Source: an uncultured Eubacteriales bacterium (GTDB lineage Bacteria > Acidobacteriota > Aminicenantia > Aminicenantales > Aminicenantaceae). From it: DNA of 64,000 bases. Numbering within the stretch: position 1 is the first letter of the stretch; each line of letters begins with the position of its first letter. Made by a program: the position numbers and the translations under genes. The stretch is taken from NCBI GenBank assembly GCA_964580235.1, contig CAZOJY010000003.1, forward strand, positions 934 to 64,933, given 5' to 3'. The notes under the pieces were generated by a model. It was not told the origin of the DNA, did no database searches, and worked only from the letters and a program-made list of their open reading frames with translations. Positions 27,328 to 36,301 of the stretch are shown piece after piece.

Positions 27328-29445
27328 TCAGCGCAGTGCCTCTTTTATGCGGGCTGGTGTCATCGGGAGCGTGAAGATTCTTTTGCCGATAGCATCATGG
27401 ACCGCGTTGGCGATTACTCCTCCCATGGTAGTGATAGCTGGTTCCCCACAGCCCTGAGGAGGCATTTCGGGATTATCCACGAGCACCGTTTCTATCTTCG
27501 GCAGCCAGGAAAAGCGGGGGATTTCATAAGTGTCGAAATTCTCATCCAATATTTTCCCGTTCGAAAACCGGATTTCTTCGGTCAAACAATAGCCGAGTCC
27601 CATGGTGATACCTCCTTCGATCTGCATCTTTACGCCTTCTGGATTGATCACTTCTCCTGTATCTTGAGCGCAGACCACTCTTTCCACGCGTACTTCGCTG
27701 TTTTTCTGGTTGACCTTTACTTCGGCAATTGTGGCCACATATGTTCCCAGGTAATCCGTACAAGCAAGCCCGTATCCCTTTCCACTCGGGCCTGGAGAAA
27801 AAGATTTCCCGAACTGTTCTGCGGCTGCAGATAAAACCCTTTTCATTCTTACATCGGCTAAATTATGCATTCGGAACTCAAGCGGATTCATTCCGGCAGC
27901 CTCGGCCATCACGTCGATATGGGATTCGATAGCGAACACGTTTGTGTTGCTCCCAGGCCCGCGCCAGGCACCGACACCAAAGGGGTGGACGCCTCCACCT
28001 CCGCTTCTTCCTCCCCATCCGCCCATGGACAGGACTTTGTGGTGAGGGATATCGTAAAAAGGCTGAGAGCTGCGATCCCCGGCAAAATAATTATGATACT
28101 CCCAGTAGACGATCTGATTTGCATCGTTCAGGCCCGATTGGATGTCGATGACTGCCGCCGGGCGGAAAGTGTCATAAAAAAACTCTTCTTTTCTGGTCCA
28201 GGCTACCTGCACCGGTTTTCCGCTCAATCGGGCCAGACGCACGGCCTCCGTGATCTGATTCCCCTGGTTTTTTCCTCCGAATCCGCACCCCACAAAGGGC
28301 GTGATGACCCGCACCTTATCCTGGGGGAAACCCAGGACCTGTGCCACTTCTGCTTGAGCCCTGAAAGGAGATTGTGTGGAGGCCCAGACCGTAGCTTTAT
28401 CGCCTTCGATATTAACCACTGCCGTATGGGCCTCAGAAGGCGCATGGGCGACATAGTGATTGTAATAGGCTTGATCGAATGTGTTGGTCGAAAGGCGTTT
28501 TCCCTGCTCGATATTTCCTTTCTCGGTCACGACACTGCCTTCTGAGGCTGAATCTTTGAGGTGCTGGAATATGTGTTGATTGTCCAGTGTGGATTCGGAA
28601 GGCTCGAACCTGGCCTTTATCAACCGGAGGGCTTTTTCGGCCACGTCGGGGTACTTATGCAGGACAGCCACCAAATCGCCTTCCCGGATAACCTGAACAC
28701 CCTCGATTTTTTTGGCGGCAGAAACATCCACGCTTTTCAGGGTGGCTCCGTGGGCCGGAGGCCTCAAGATTTTGGCGTGAAGCATTACCGGGAAACGGAT
28801 GTCCCCGGCATACTTGGCTTCCCCTGTCACTTTTTGTTCTCCATCCAACCGATCTGTCGGCTTTCCCGATATGGTGTGCTTGGCATACTGTTTAATGGGC
28901 GGCTTTACCTCCAGATGCCGTTCGATTTTCCCCCCTTTTGCCAGTTCGGCGTAGGACACCTTTTTTGCCGATCCGTTGGGGACAAAGATCATCCCGTCGC
29001 TCACTATCAGTTTTTCCACTGGCACGCCCAGTTTTTCGGAGGCCAGCTGGAGAAGAACGGCTCTTGCCTCTGCAGCCGCCCGGCGCAGGGGAGGGCCAAA
29101 ATACTTGGTGCTTCTCGACCCAAAGGTACCGCTGTCGTAAGGACAAAGGAGGGTATCACCCATCACCATATCGACTCTATCCAACCGAACATCGAGCTCT
29201 TCTGCCAGCATTTGAGCCAGAGACGTGTGGATTCCCTGTCCCATTTCGATTTTGCCGGTGAAACAGGACACCCGGCCATCTTCTCCTATCCGGAGATAGG
29301 CGTTAAAATCTTCTGGATATCCTCGCCTTCTTCGGTATTGAGCGCCTAATGAATCTCCCGGGGTGAAAAAAACAACGATTTCTCCGCCCATAAGCTTGAG
29401 GAATTCGCGGCGGTCGAGAGTAAAATTGCAATCGCCTTCTTTCAT
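27328..29445 (-). CDS. Xanthine-dehydrogenase-family molybdopterin-binding subunit (IorB-like) with a Tat-like N-terminus
   Basis: ORF runs to 29514. ATG 29445 gives MKEGDCNFTLDRREFLKLMGG (twin-arginine motif). Long aldehyde-oxidase/XDH MoCo-binding-like regions (GKIEMGQGIHTSLAQMLAEEL, GCGFGGK, GEPAITT). No adjacent [2Fe-2S] or FAD subunit genes. Confidence 0.78.
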   Translation of the reverse strand: MKEGDCNFTLDRREFLKLMGGEIVVFFTPGDSLGAQYRRRRGYPEDFNAYLRIGEDGRVSCFTGKIEMGQGIHTSLAQMLAEELDVRLDRVDMVMGDTLLCPYDSGTFGSRSTKYFGPPLRRAAAEARAVLLQLASEKLGVPVEKLIVSDGMIFVPNGSAKKVSYAELAKGGKIERHLEVKPPIKQYAKHTISGKPTDRLDGEQKVTGEAKYAGDIRFPVMLHAKILRPPAHGATLKSVDVSAAKKIEGVQVIREGDLVAVLHKYPDVAEKALRLIKARFEPSESTLDNQHIFQHLKDSASEGSVVTEKGNIEQGKRLSTNTFDQAYYNHYVAHAPSEAHTAVVNIEGDKATVWASTQSPFRAQAEVAQVLGFPQDKVRVITPFVGCGFGGKNQGNQITEAVRLARLSGKPVQVAWTRKEEFFYDTFRPAAVIDIQSGLNDANQIVYWEYHNYFAGDRSSQPFYDIPHHKVLSMGGWGGRSGGGGVHPFGVGAWRGPGSNTNVFAIESHIDVMAEAAGMNPLEFRMHNLADVRMKRVLSAAAEQFGKSFSPGPSGKGYGLACTDYLGTYVATIAEVKVNQKNSEVRVERVVCAQDTGEVINPEGVKMQIEGGITMGLGYCLTEEIRFSNGKILDENFDTYEIPRFSWLPKIETVLVDNPEMPPQGCGEPAITTMGGVIANAVHDAIGKRIFTLPMTPARIKEALR

Positions 29446-29618
29446 GACCAATCTCCTCTTATTGTCCGGGCTGCAGTTTGGATGGCCCGGATGATCCGGT
29501 TGTATGTGTCGCACCGGTACAGATTTCCCTCCATGGCCTCAACGAATCCTTTGTCGAGGCTTGAGAATTTTTCAATAATAGGGAGCAGGCCTTCAAAATC
29601 ATTCCCGATGTGCGATAT

Positions 29619-30041
29619 CTATTTGAGATTTGCCACTCCTTTTTCGGCAAAGAATTTGCCCAGTTTAAGGTCGGTACCCTTGATGTGATTGATAAGCCAG
29701 TTGAGCAGAAAAACGTTGATCGATGTGGCCAGAGCCTTTGTCGGCCCTTCTTCTTTAAAATCTTCCAAAATGTGGTTCAGGGTGATTTTAAAATGTCCGT
29801 GCTGATTTTTTTGATCCTCCAGACCAGGATAGTTGTGCTCTGCCATGTGTTTTTCTTCAGTGGAGAAATGGAAATCTGTGTAGTCGATCATGAAGTCCAA
29901 CGTCTTCATGATCTTATTGTATTCACGACCTTCATCTAGAGCGTCAGACAGATCCCTTAACTTCTGGATGAGCATTTTATGCTGTTCGTCGATCAACCTC
30001 ACGCCCACAGACAAGCTGTCATCCCATTCGATCTTGTTCAT
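29619..30041 (-). CDS. Bacteriohemerythrin-like protein
   Basis: 140 aa. MNKIEWDDSLSVGVRLIDEQHKMLI, HFSTEEKHM, HGHF and WLINHIKGTD match the hemerythrin HHE cation-binding pattern. Confidence 0.87.
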   Translation of the reverse strand: MNKIEWDDSLSVGVRLIDEQHKMLIQKLRDLSDALDEGREYNKIMKTLDFMIDYTDFHFSTEEKHMAEHNYPGLEDQKNQHGHFKITLNHILEDFKEEGPTKALATSINVFLLNWLINHIKGTDLKLGKFFAEKGVANLK

Positions 30042-30140
30042 GGTGTTTTCCTCCTATTTCTGGCTGATTTTTACATGATGAGTTGCAGAGACAAATGTAG
30101 CATACAGGATTTTTGCGGTCAATTGAAATTGTACAGGAAT

Positions 30141-30169
30141 TTGTCCTTTTACCCGGTTTTTGCTATTAT
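30141..30169 (+). promoter_or_regulatory. Candidate sigma-70 promoter (TTGTCC-N17-TATTAT) for propeller gene A
   Basis: Read directly: TTGTCC at 30141-30146, a 17-nt spacer, and TATTAT at 30164-30169, about 70 nt upstream of ATG 30242. No experimental support. Confidence 0.35.
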
Positions 30170-30241
30170 CTAAACTTTGAAATAATAAATGAGAACGGAC
30201 ATGTTGGCAACGAAACGATTTCAAGCGGAAGGAGAAATCCC

Positions 30242-31603
30242 ATGCTGACAAAATTGGCCCGAGTTTTATTCTGCTTATTGATTCTGTTTGGCACAATGAT
30301 TGAACTGGAAGGGCAGGATACAAAAGAAGGTGTGAACTGGCCGAGTTTCCGTGGGCCATATGCCGGCGGAACCGCTGCTAATTATGCGACTCCGATATCC
30401 TGGGATGTTGATACCTCTAAAAATATCATATGGAAAAGAAAAATTCCCGGGCTGGCTCATTCCAGTCCTGTTATTTGGGGAGATCGGATAATTGTCACGA
30501 CGGCTGTTGGTAAGACCGAACCGGAGCTTAAAGTGGGGCTCTATGGCAACATCAAATCCGCCGATGATGACTCCGTCCACAAGTGGAAGGTGCTCTGCCT
30601 GGATAAAAAAACTGGGAAAATACTCTGGGAAAAAACAGCACACACGGGCGTTCCCAAAGTCAAACGCCACCCTAAAGCCTCACACGCCAATTCCACCCCT
30701 GCGACAGATGGCAGGCATGTTGTCGCTTTTTTTGGTTCCGAAGGCCTGTACTGCTATGATATGGACGGCGGCCTGCTCTGGGAAAAAGACTTCGGTCTTC
30801 TTGATTCTGCTTTTTTTATGGTCCCATCGGCCCAGTGGGGATTTGCCAGCTCTCCGCTCATCCATCAGGGGGCTGTTATCGTTCAATGTGATGCTCTCAA
30901 CACGGCATTTCTTGCCGCTCTGGATGTCAAAACGGGGAAAGAAATATGGCGGACATCCCGGGAGGACGTTCCAACGTGGAGCACTCCCACTCTTTATTTG
31001 GGGAAAGAGAAAATACAAATCATCGTCAATGGATTCAAACATATTGGAGGCTATGATTTTAAAACGGGCAGGGAATTATGGAAAATTACCGGAGGTGGCG
31101 ACATCCCCATCCCCACTCCAGTTGTTGCCCATGGTTTGGTGTTTATTAACAGTGCCCATGGACGGTTGTCTCCAATTTATGCCATAAAACCGGAGTCAAA
31201 AGGAGATATCTCTTTGACAGAAGATGAAACCTCAAATGAGTCCATCGTCTGGAGTGTCAGGCGGGGGGGGTCTTACATCCTGACACCTCTCGTTTACGGA
31301 GATTTTCTGTACAATCTGCAGTGGAATGGATCTCTGGACTGTTATCGGGCAAAAACAGGCGAGCTGATCTACAAAGCACAGCTTGGAAAGATGACCGGGT
31401 TTTCGGCTTCAGGGGTTGCTGCAGATGGAAAATTGTATTTTTGCAGCGAAGAGGGGGATGTATCCGTTGTCAAATCCGGACCAGAATTTGAAATTTTAGC
31501 AACAAATTCTATGAAAGATGAATGCATGGCCACACCGGCGATATCGGAAGGAACTTTGTATTTTCGAACGCACCATTATCTAATGGCTGTTTCTGACAAA
31601 TAG
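30242..31603 (+). CDS. Exported PQQ-like (BamB/PQQ_2-type) beta-propeller repeat protein, paralog A
   Basis: ORF starts at 30113. ATG 30242 follows GGAGG and gives the signal peptide MLTKLARVLFCLLILFGTMIELEG. VNWPSFRGP motif. Repeated xLDxxTGKxxW blades (CLDKKTGKILW, ALDVKTGKEIW, GYDFKTGRELW, CYRAKTGELIY). Confidence 0.8.
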   Translation: MLTKLARVLFCLLILFGTMIELEGQDTKEGVNWPSFRGPYAGGTAANYATPISWDVDTSKNIIWKRKIPGLAHSSPVIWGDRIIVTTAVGKTEPELKVGLYGNIKSADDDSVHKWKVLCLDKKTGKILWEKTAHTGVPKVKRHPKASHANSTPATDGRHVVAFFGSEGLYCYDMDGGLLWEKDFGLLDSAFFMVPSAQWGFASSPLIHQGAVIVQCDALNTAFLAALDVKTGKEIWRTSREDVPTWSTPTLYLGKEKIQIIVNGFKHIGGYDFKTGRELWKITGGGDIPIPTPVVAHGLVFINSAHGRLSPIYAIKPESKGDISLTEDETSNESIVWSVRRGGSYILTPLVYGDFLYNLQWNGSLDCYRAKTGELIYKAQLGKMTGFSASGVAADGKLYFCSEEGDVSVVKSGPEFEILATNSMKDECMATPAISEGTLYFRTHHYLMAVSDK

Positions 31604-31632
31604 ATTTTTCTGGCACCATATCTGAAGATTTA

Positions 31633-31661
31633 TTGACGGATGCCCAGCGATGGTGTAACAT
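31633..31661 (+). promoter_or_regulatory. Candidate sigma-70 promoter (TTGACG-N17-TAACAT) for the 15-gene operon
   Basis: Read directly in the 161-bp gap upstream of 31765: TTGACG at 31633-31638 and TAACAT at 31656-31661. The -10 element is imperfect. Confidence 0.3.
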
Positions 31662-31689
31662 AATACTAATTCCATAGGATTAGTATTAT
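31660..31689. promoter_or_regulatory. Perfect 11-bp palindrome ATAATACTAAT-N8-ATTAGTATTAT overlapping the putative -10/TSS
   Basis: Arms 31660-31670 and 31679-31689 are exact reverse complements. The site lies between paralog A and the first gene of the long operon. It could be an operator or a weak AT-rich hairpin. Confidence 0.4.
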
Positions 31690-31764
31690 ATTAAGACATG
31701 GTTATCAGCCGACTGTAAAAAACACCAGAAGTGTCCTAGAATATGTATTCATGGAATAAAATAA

Positions 31765-33000
31765 ATGAGGTGTGGAGTGAAAAAAACATTTGCAGTGATC
31801 TTGTTGTTGTTTTTTGATCTAGCCTATTCTGTTGCCCTTGGTCAAGTCAACTCCCAGTGGCGGGGACCCCATCGTGATGGCGTTTATCCAAACGAGAGTC
31901 TCCTGAAGTCATGGCCGAAAGAAGGACCGAAGCTGATTTGGTTTGTGGAGGGACTGGGCAAGGGCTATTCTTCCCCGGCCGTGACCGGAGATCGTGTTTA
32001 TCTGACCGGGATGACCAGCGGCGAAGGGTTTTTATTTGCCTTCGATAAAGACGGGGAGACAGTCTGGAAAATCTCCTACGGTTCTGAGTGGAATGGAAGC
32101 AGGCCTGGCGCCCGGACAACCCCGACTGTAATCTCGGATAGAATCTATCTGATGAGCGCAACAGGGAATGTCCTCTGCTTCAGCACGGCCGGAAAAAGGG
32201 TATGGGCAGTTGATCTGACGGCCAGATTTGGAGCCAGAAATTTGCAGTGGGGAATGACAGAATCCCTGCTTGTGGATGGGGATCGTGTTTTTTGCACTCC
32301 GGGCGGACCAAGTGTCATGATCGCCGCATTAGACCGGTATTCCGGCAAGACGATCTGGAAAACCAAGGGAAATGGAGAAACGTCCGGATACTGCTCTCCT
32401 TGTCTTGTTGAACACGGCGAAAGACGCCTTATTTTAACCATGACTGCAAAGTCTGTCGTTGGTGTCGATGCGGATACCGGAGAATACATGTGGCACCAAT
32501 CCCATGTCACGGATTATGACGTCAATGCAAACACACCGCTTTATCAAGGCGGATACATTTATACGGTGAGCGGTTATGGGACCGGCAGCCAGAAGTTCGC
32601 ACTTTCTGAGGATGGGACACGTGTCAAACGGCTCTGGTCGCAAGCTGGCCTCGACAGTCAGATAGGTGCTGTGGTTTTGATCGATGGCTATCTTTACGGC
32701 TCGGGTCATAACAGCCGGGGATGGCACTGCCTGGACTGGGATACAGGAAAAATCCAGTATACAGCAAGGAAAATCGGGAACAAGGGGGCAATCATCTTTT
32801 CGGATGGAATGTTGTATTGCTACAGCGAAAGCGGAGATATGGCTCTGATAAAGCCCAATCCTCAGGAGTTCGAAGTGGTGAGTTCTTTTCGGATAAACAA
32901 GGGCACCGGTGAGCACTGGGCCCATCCTGTTATCAAAGACGGCCGTCTTTATGTCCGCCATGGCGATGCTCTGATGGTTTATCAAATCGGGAATGAATGA
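31765..33000 (+). CDS. Exported PQQ-like beta-propeller repeat protein, paralog E
   Basis: 411 aa. GTG 31777, 6 nt after GAGG, would give MKKTFAVILLLFFDLAYSVALG and may be the real start. SQWRGPHRDG motif. Blades include AFDKDGETVW, ALDRYSGKTIW, GVDADTGEYMW and CLDWDTGKIQY. Confidence 0.8.
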   Translation: MRCGVKKTFAVILLLFFDLAYSVALGQVNSQWRGPHRDGVYPNESLLKSWPKEGPKLIWFVEGLGKGYSSPAVTGDRVYLTGMTSGEGFLFAFDKDGETVWKISYGSEWNGSRPGARTTPTVISDRIYLMSATGNVLCFSTAGKRVWAVDLTARFGARNLQWGMTESLLVDGDRVFCTPGGPSVMIAALDRYSGKTIWKTKGNGETSGYCSPCLVEHGERRLILTMTAKSVVGVDADTGEYMWHQSHVTDYDVNANTPLYQGGYIYTVSGYGTGSQKFALSEDGTRVKRLWSQAGLDSQIGAVVLIDGYLYGSGHNSRGWHCLDWDTGKIQYTARKIGNKGAIIFSDGMLYCYSESGDMALIKPNPQEFEVVSSFRINKGTGEHWAHPVIKDGRLYVRHGDALMVYQIGNE

Positions 33001-34426
33001 AAAGGCAATAAACTTCGTCGCTCTTATCGGGACTGCCTTTCTCGGATTGGGTTTTCTGACCTGGTGGCTCCTGTATAATCCGGTCAAAGATATTGTGGAA
33101 AATGTTCCAGGGATGGACAACCGGCCTCCGGGTTTTGTGAGCAAGGGTGATGCGGTAGAAATCGGAGCCTATTTCAAAAGTTTTGACGGGGTCCCATCCG
33201 CAATACAAGGCAGCTGGCCGAGATTCCGGGGGTCCGCTTTTGACAATATCAGCAGAGATAACATCCGGCTTATCGACGGCTGGGACAATGCGGGCCCCAA
33301 GATTCTCTGGTCCGTCGATTTGGGGGAGGGTCATGCGGGTCCTGTTGTTTCCAACGGGCGGGTCTATCTCATGGATTATGATGAAGAACAAAGAGCAGAT
33401 GTTTTGCGATGTTTTTCTTTGGATGATGGAGCAGAGATCTGGCGCCGGGGTTATGAACTTTTTGTGAAACGAAATCACGGGATGTCGCGGACAGTTCCCG
33501 CGGTGACGGATCAATATGTTGTGACAATCGGGCCAAAATGCCATGTCATGTGCGTGGACGCGGTTTCAGGTGATTTTCTATGGGGGATCGACCTGGGAAG
33601 AGAATACGGAACCGAAGTGCCCTTGTGGTACACGGGGCAGTGCCCCCTGATAGATGACTCTCTGGCTGTTTTTGCGGTTGGGGGGAGTTCTTTGATCATC
33701 GCTGTCGATTGTGCAACCGGTGAGCTGGTTTGGAAGACTTCCAATCCCCACAACTGGAAAATGTCTCATTCTTCTGTCATGCCTTTTTTGATTCAAGGGA
33801 CAAAGATGTATGTGTACTGTGCTATCGGGGGGATTGTCGGCGTTGGGGCAGAAGGGGAAGAGGCGGGCCAGGTTTTATTCGAATCCAAATTGTGGGACCA
33901 CAATGTCATTGCCCCGTCCCCTGTTTATTTGGGAAATGGAAAAATTTTTCTCACAGCAGGGTATGGAGCGGGAAGCTTGCTTATCAGAATAAGCGGTGAA
34001 GATGGTGTTTTTTCGGTCGAATCCCTTCAGATGCTAAAACCAGAGGAAGGAATAGCGTCAGAACAGCAAACACCGATTTTTTATTCGGGGCATCTTTTCT
34101 GTATATTGCCCAAAGATTCCGGTCCTCTTCGCAATCAGTTCGTCTGCAGTCATCCGGATGACCTGAGTCAATTTATCTGGTCCAGTGGAAAAACAAACCG
34201 ATTCGGTCTGGGTCCATACATTGTGGCAGACGACAAATTTTTCATACTGAGTGATGACGGTGTTTTGACCATAATAAAAGCCAGTGTGGAGGAATATGCT
34301 CAACTTGCCCAGGCTAAAATACTGGACGGTGTTGATGCATGGGGCCCGCTGGCTTTGGTCAGCGGCAGGCTGCTCGCGCGGGATTCGCGCCGAATGGTCT
34401 GTGTTGACCTGAGAGCCAATCCCTGA
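32993..34426 (+). CDS. Membrane-anchored PQQ-like beta-propeller repeat protein, paralog F
   Basis: 477 aa. Single N-terminal TM anchor (FVALIGTAFLGLGFLTWWLLY). SWPRFRGS motif. Blades CFSLDDGAEIW, CVDAVSGDFLW and AVDCATGELVW. 8-nt overlap with the previous gene. Confidence 0.78.
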   Translation: MNEKAINFVALIGTAFLGLGFLTWWLLYNPVKDIVENVPGMDNRPPGFVSKGDAVEIGAYFKSFDGVPSAIQGSWPRFRGSAFDNISRDNIRLIDGWDNAGPKILWSVDLGEGHAGPVVSNGRVYLMDYDEEQRADVLRCFSLDDGAEIWRRGYELFVKRNHGMSRTVPAVTDQYVVTIGPKCHVMCVDAVSGDFLWGIDLGREYGTEVPLWYTGQCPLIDDSLAVFAVGGSSLIIAVDCATGELVWKTSNPHNWKMSHSSVMPFLIQGTKMYVYCAIGGIVGVGAEGEEAGQVLFESKLWDHNVIAPSPVYLGNGKIFLTAGYGAGSLLIRISGEDGVFSVESLQMLKPEEGIASEQQTPIFYSGHLFCILPKDSGPLRNQFVCSHPDDLSQFIWSSGKTNRFGLGPYIVADDKFFILSDDGVLTIIKASVEEYAQLAQAKILDGVDAWGPLALVSGRLLARDSRRMVCVDLRANP

Positions 34427-34441
34427 CATGGAGGCTGTACA

Positions 34442-35431
34442 ATGCGTTTTTTTAATTTAAAAAAGGAAACAATATTGACCGGCACGATTTTAGTTCTCTC
34501 GCTGGCCGGCATCCTCTATTTCGGCTTCATGGCCATCCGGGATAGTGGAAGGAATAATCAAGAGAATCCCTACGAATATGACTTGAAAGAATTTGAGACG
34601 AGCGGAGCTGATTTGGTCCATTATTCTGAAGTGGGCCGGATTAAAGTCGAGTTGCCCGAGGTTTATGGTTTATCCATCGGACCGGATGATGCGATTTATG
34701 TCTCCGGAAAAAACATCGTGCTTGTTTTCAACAGGGACGGAACAAACCGCTCGTCCATCCCAACCCAATGGATTGTCCGCTGTCTGGCTGTCGATCGGAA
34801 TCACGATCTGTACCTTGGGCTGGAAGACCATGTGGAAGTTTATGGCCGGCGAGGGAAAAAAAAAGCCAGTTGGGCTTCATTGGGGGAGAAGGCCATCATC
34901 ACTTCGATTGCGCTCTCAAAGAAGAATGTTTTCATTGCTGACGCGGGGAATCAGATTGTGTGGAAGTTCAATAAGTCTGGAACCCGCTCAAAAAGGATCG
35001 GTGAGAAAAACGAGTCCAGAGATATCCCTGGATTTATCATTCCCAGTCCTTTTTTCGATGTGGCGGTCGATTCGGATGGTTTCCTCTGGGTTGCCAACAC
35101 TGGGCGGCATTCCCTCGAGAATTATACGTTGGAAGGAGATTTCCGAACCTCTTGGGGTGAGTTTGGGATGGATATCCAAGGATTCTGTGGATGCTGTAAC
35201 CCATCACATTTTGCCCTGCTGAAGGATGGTTCCTTTGTGACCAGCGAAAAGGGTCTTCCCAGGGTCAAAATCTACAATCGGATCGGAAATCTCGTATCTG
35301 TTGTGGCCTCGACAGAGCAGTTTATCGAGGGCACGGTCGGCCTGGATTTGGCCGTGGATTCTGCACAGAAAATTTATGTTCTGGATCCGCAGCAAAACTT
35401 TGTGCGGATTTTCGCAAAGAAAAAATTATGA
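34442..35431 (+). CDS. Membrane-anchored six-bladed NHL-repeat propeller protein with a CGCC motif
   Basis: 329 aa with an N-terminal TM anchor (ILTGTILVLSLAGILYFGFMAI). Six NHL-like repeats (e.g. FIADAGNQIVWKFN, VAVDSDGFLWVANTGRHSLENY, LAVDSAQKIYVLDPQQNFVRIF). GFCGCCNPSHF at aa 248-258. GGAGG lies 7 nt upstream of the start. Confidence 0.72.
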   Translation: MRFFNLKKETILTGTILVLSLAGILYFGFMAIRDSGRNNQENPYEYDLKEFETSGADLVHYSEVGRIKVELPEVYGLSIGPDDAIYVSGKNIVLVFNRDGTNRSSIPTQWIVRCLAVDRNHDLYLGLEDHVEVYGRRGKKKASWASLGEKAIITSIALSKKNVFIADAGNQIVWKFNKSGTRSKRIGEKNESRDIPGFIIPSPFFDVAVDSDGFLWVANTGRHSLENYTLEGDFRTSWGEFGMDIQGFCGCCNPSHFALLKDGSFVTSEKGLPRVKIYNRIGNLVSVVASTEQFIEGTVGLDLAVDSAQKIYVLDPQQNFVRIFAKKKL

Positions 35432-35444
35432 GCCGGGAGGGTTT

Positions 35445-35711
35445 ATGATGCAAGAAAAACACGAAACGAAAAAAAGACGTGAGTTTTTGAAGGATGGATT
35501 GCGTGTCCTCATGCTTGGCGGTTTTGCGGCCGTAGGCCTGTCCCTGGGCAGGAAAAGGCGCTCTTTACCCAGGGATGGATCGTCCTGTTTGATTGATTTG
35601 CCGTGCAGAAGTTGTTCGGAGCTTCCTCTGTGCCCACTGCCCAGAGCAGTCGGTACGAAGCAGAAGTCCCGTGATTCCCGATACCATATTAAAATAAATA
35701 AAGAGGTATGA
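35445..35711 (+). CDS. Small Tat-signal, four-Cys protein (possible periplasmic Fe-S/metal-binding subunit)
   Basis: 88 aa, taken from inside ORF 35301-35711. GGGAGGG lies immediately upstream. Twin-arginine motif KKRREFLKDGLRVLMLGGFAAVGL. Motif C-x5-C-x2-C-x5-C-P (SCLIDLPCRSCSELPLCP). The stop is 1 nt before the next gene. Confidence 0.55.
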   Translation: MMQEKHETKKRREFLKDGLRVLMLGGFAAVGLSLGRKRRSLPRDGSSCLIDLPCRSCSELPLCPLPRAVGTKQKSRDSRYHIKINKEV

Positions 35712-35712
35712 A

Positions 35713-36300
35713 ATGAGGGATAAAATGAAAGCAGACCTGGTAAAACGGAGAGATTTCATCCGCAAGAGCTTTCACACCGTTATGGGTCTGACGATAGGAG
35801 GAGTGGCAGGAATTTTATTCAGCAAATCTTCTCCCGAAGAGATGGTGTGGCAGTTGGATCCCAACATCTGTATCCAGTGCGAAAAATGTGCGGTCCATTG
35901 TGTGCTGTCTCAATCTGCTGTGAAGTGCGTTCATTCCTATTCGATGTGCGGGTATTGTGATCTGTGCAGCGGTTACCTGCAGCCTGGAACGAAATACCGC
36001 GATACCGGAGCTGAAAGCCAGCTTTGTCCATCCGGTGCGATAAAGCGAACATTCATAGAAGATCCTTATTTTCAATACATAATAGATGAGAAATTGTGCT
36101 TCGGGTGCGGAAAATGTGTAAAAGGCTGCAATTCGTTCGGCAACGGGTCTTTGTACCTGCAGGTGCGGCATGACCGCTGTCTGAACTGCAATCTGTGCTC
36201 GATTGCAAGAAGGTGCCCTTCTCGAGCTTGGAAGCGTGTGCCTGCCAGCCAACCTTATATCATACGGGGAGATGAAAACAAAAGATTTCTAAAAGGGTAA
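35713..36300 (+). CDS. NapG-like Tat-exported poly-[4Fe-4S] ferredoxin
   Basis: 195 aa. Twin-arginine motif VKRRDFIRKSF followed by a hydrophobic stretch. Four Cys clusters: CIQCEKCAVHC, CGYCDLC...CP, CFGCGKCVKGC and CLNCNLCSIARRCP. Confidence 0.75.
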   Translation: MRDKMKADLVKRRDFIRKSFHTVMGLTIGGVAGILFSKSSPEEMVWQLDPNICIQCEKCAVHCVLSQSAVKCVHSYSMCGYCDLCSGYLQPGTKYRDTGAESQLCPSGAIKRTFIEDPYFQYIIDEKLCFGCGKCVKGCNSFGNGSLYLQVRHDRCLNCNLCSIARRCPSRAWKRVPASQPYIIRGDENKRFLKG

Positions 36301-36301
36301 T

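Noticed and set aside
31611-31625. Sigma-54-like element TGGCAC-N5-CTGA upstream of the long operon.
   Set aside because: The -24 half (TGGCAC) is perfect, but the -12 element lacks the conserved GC (CTGA instead of TTGC). No sigma-54-dependent enhancer-binding protein is encoded nearby. A chance match is likely.
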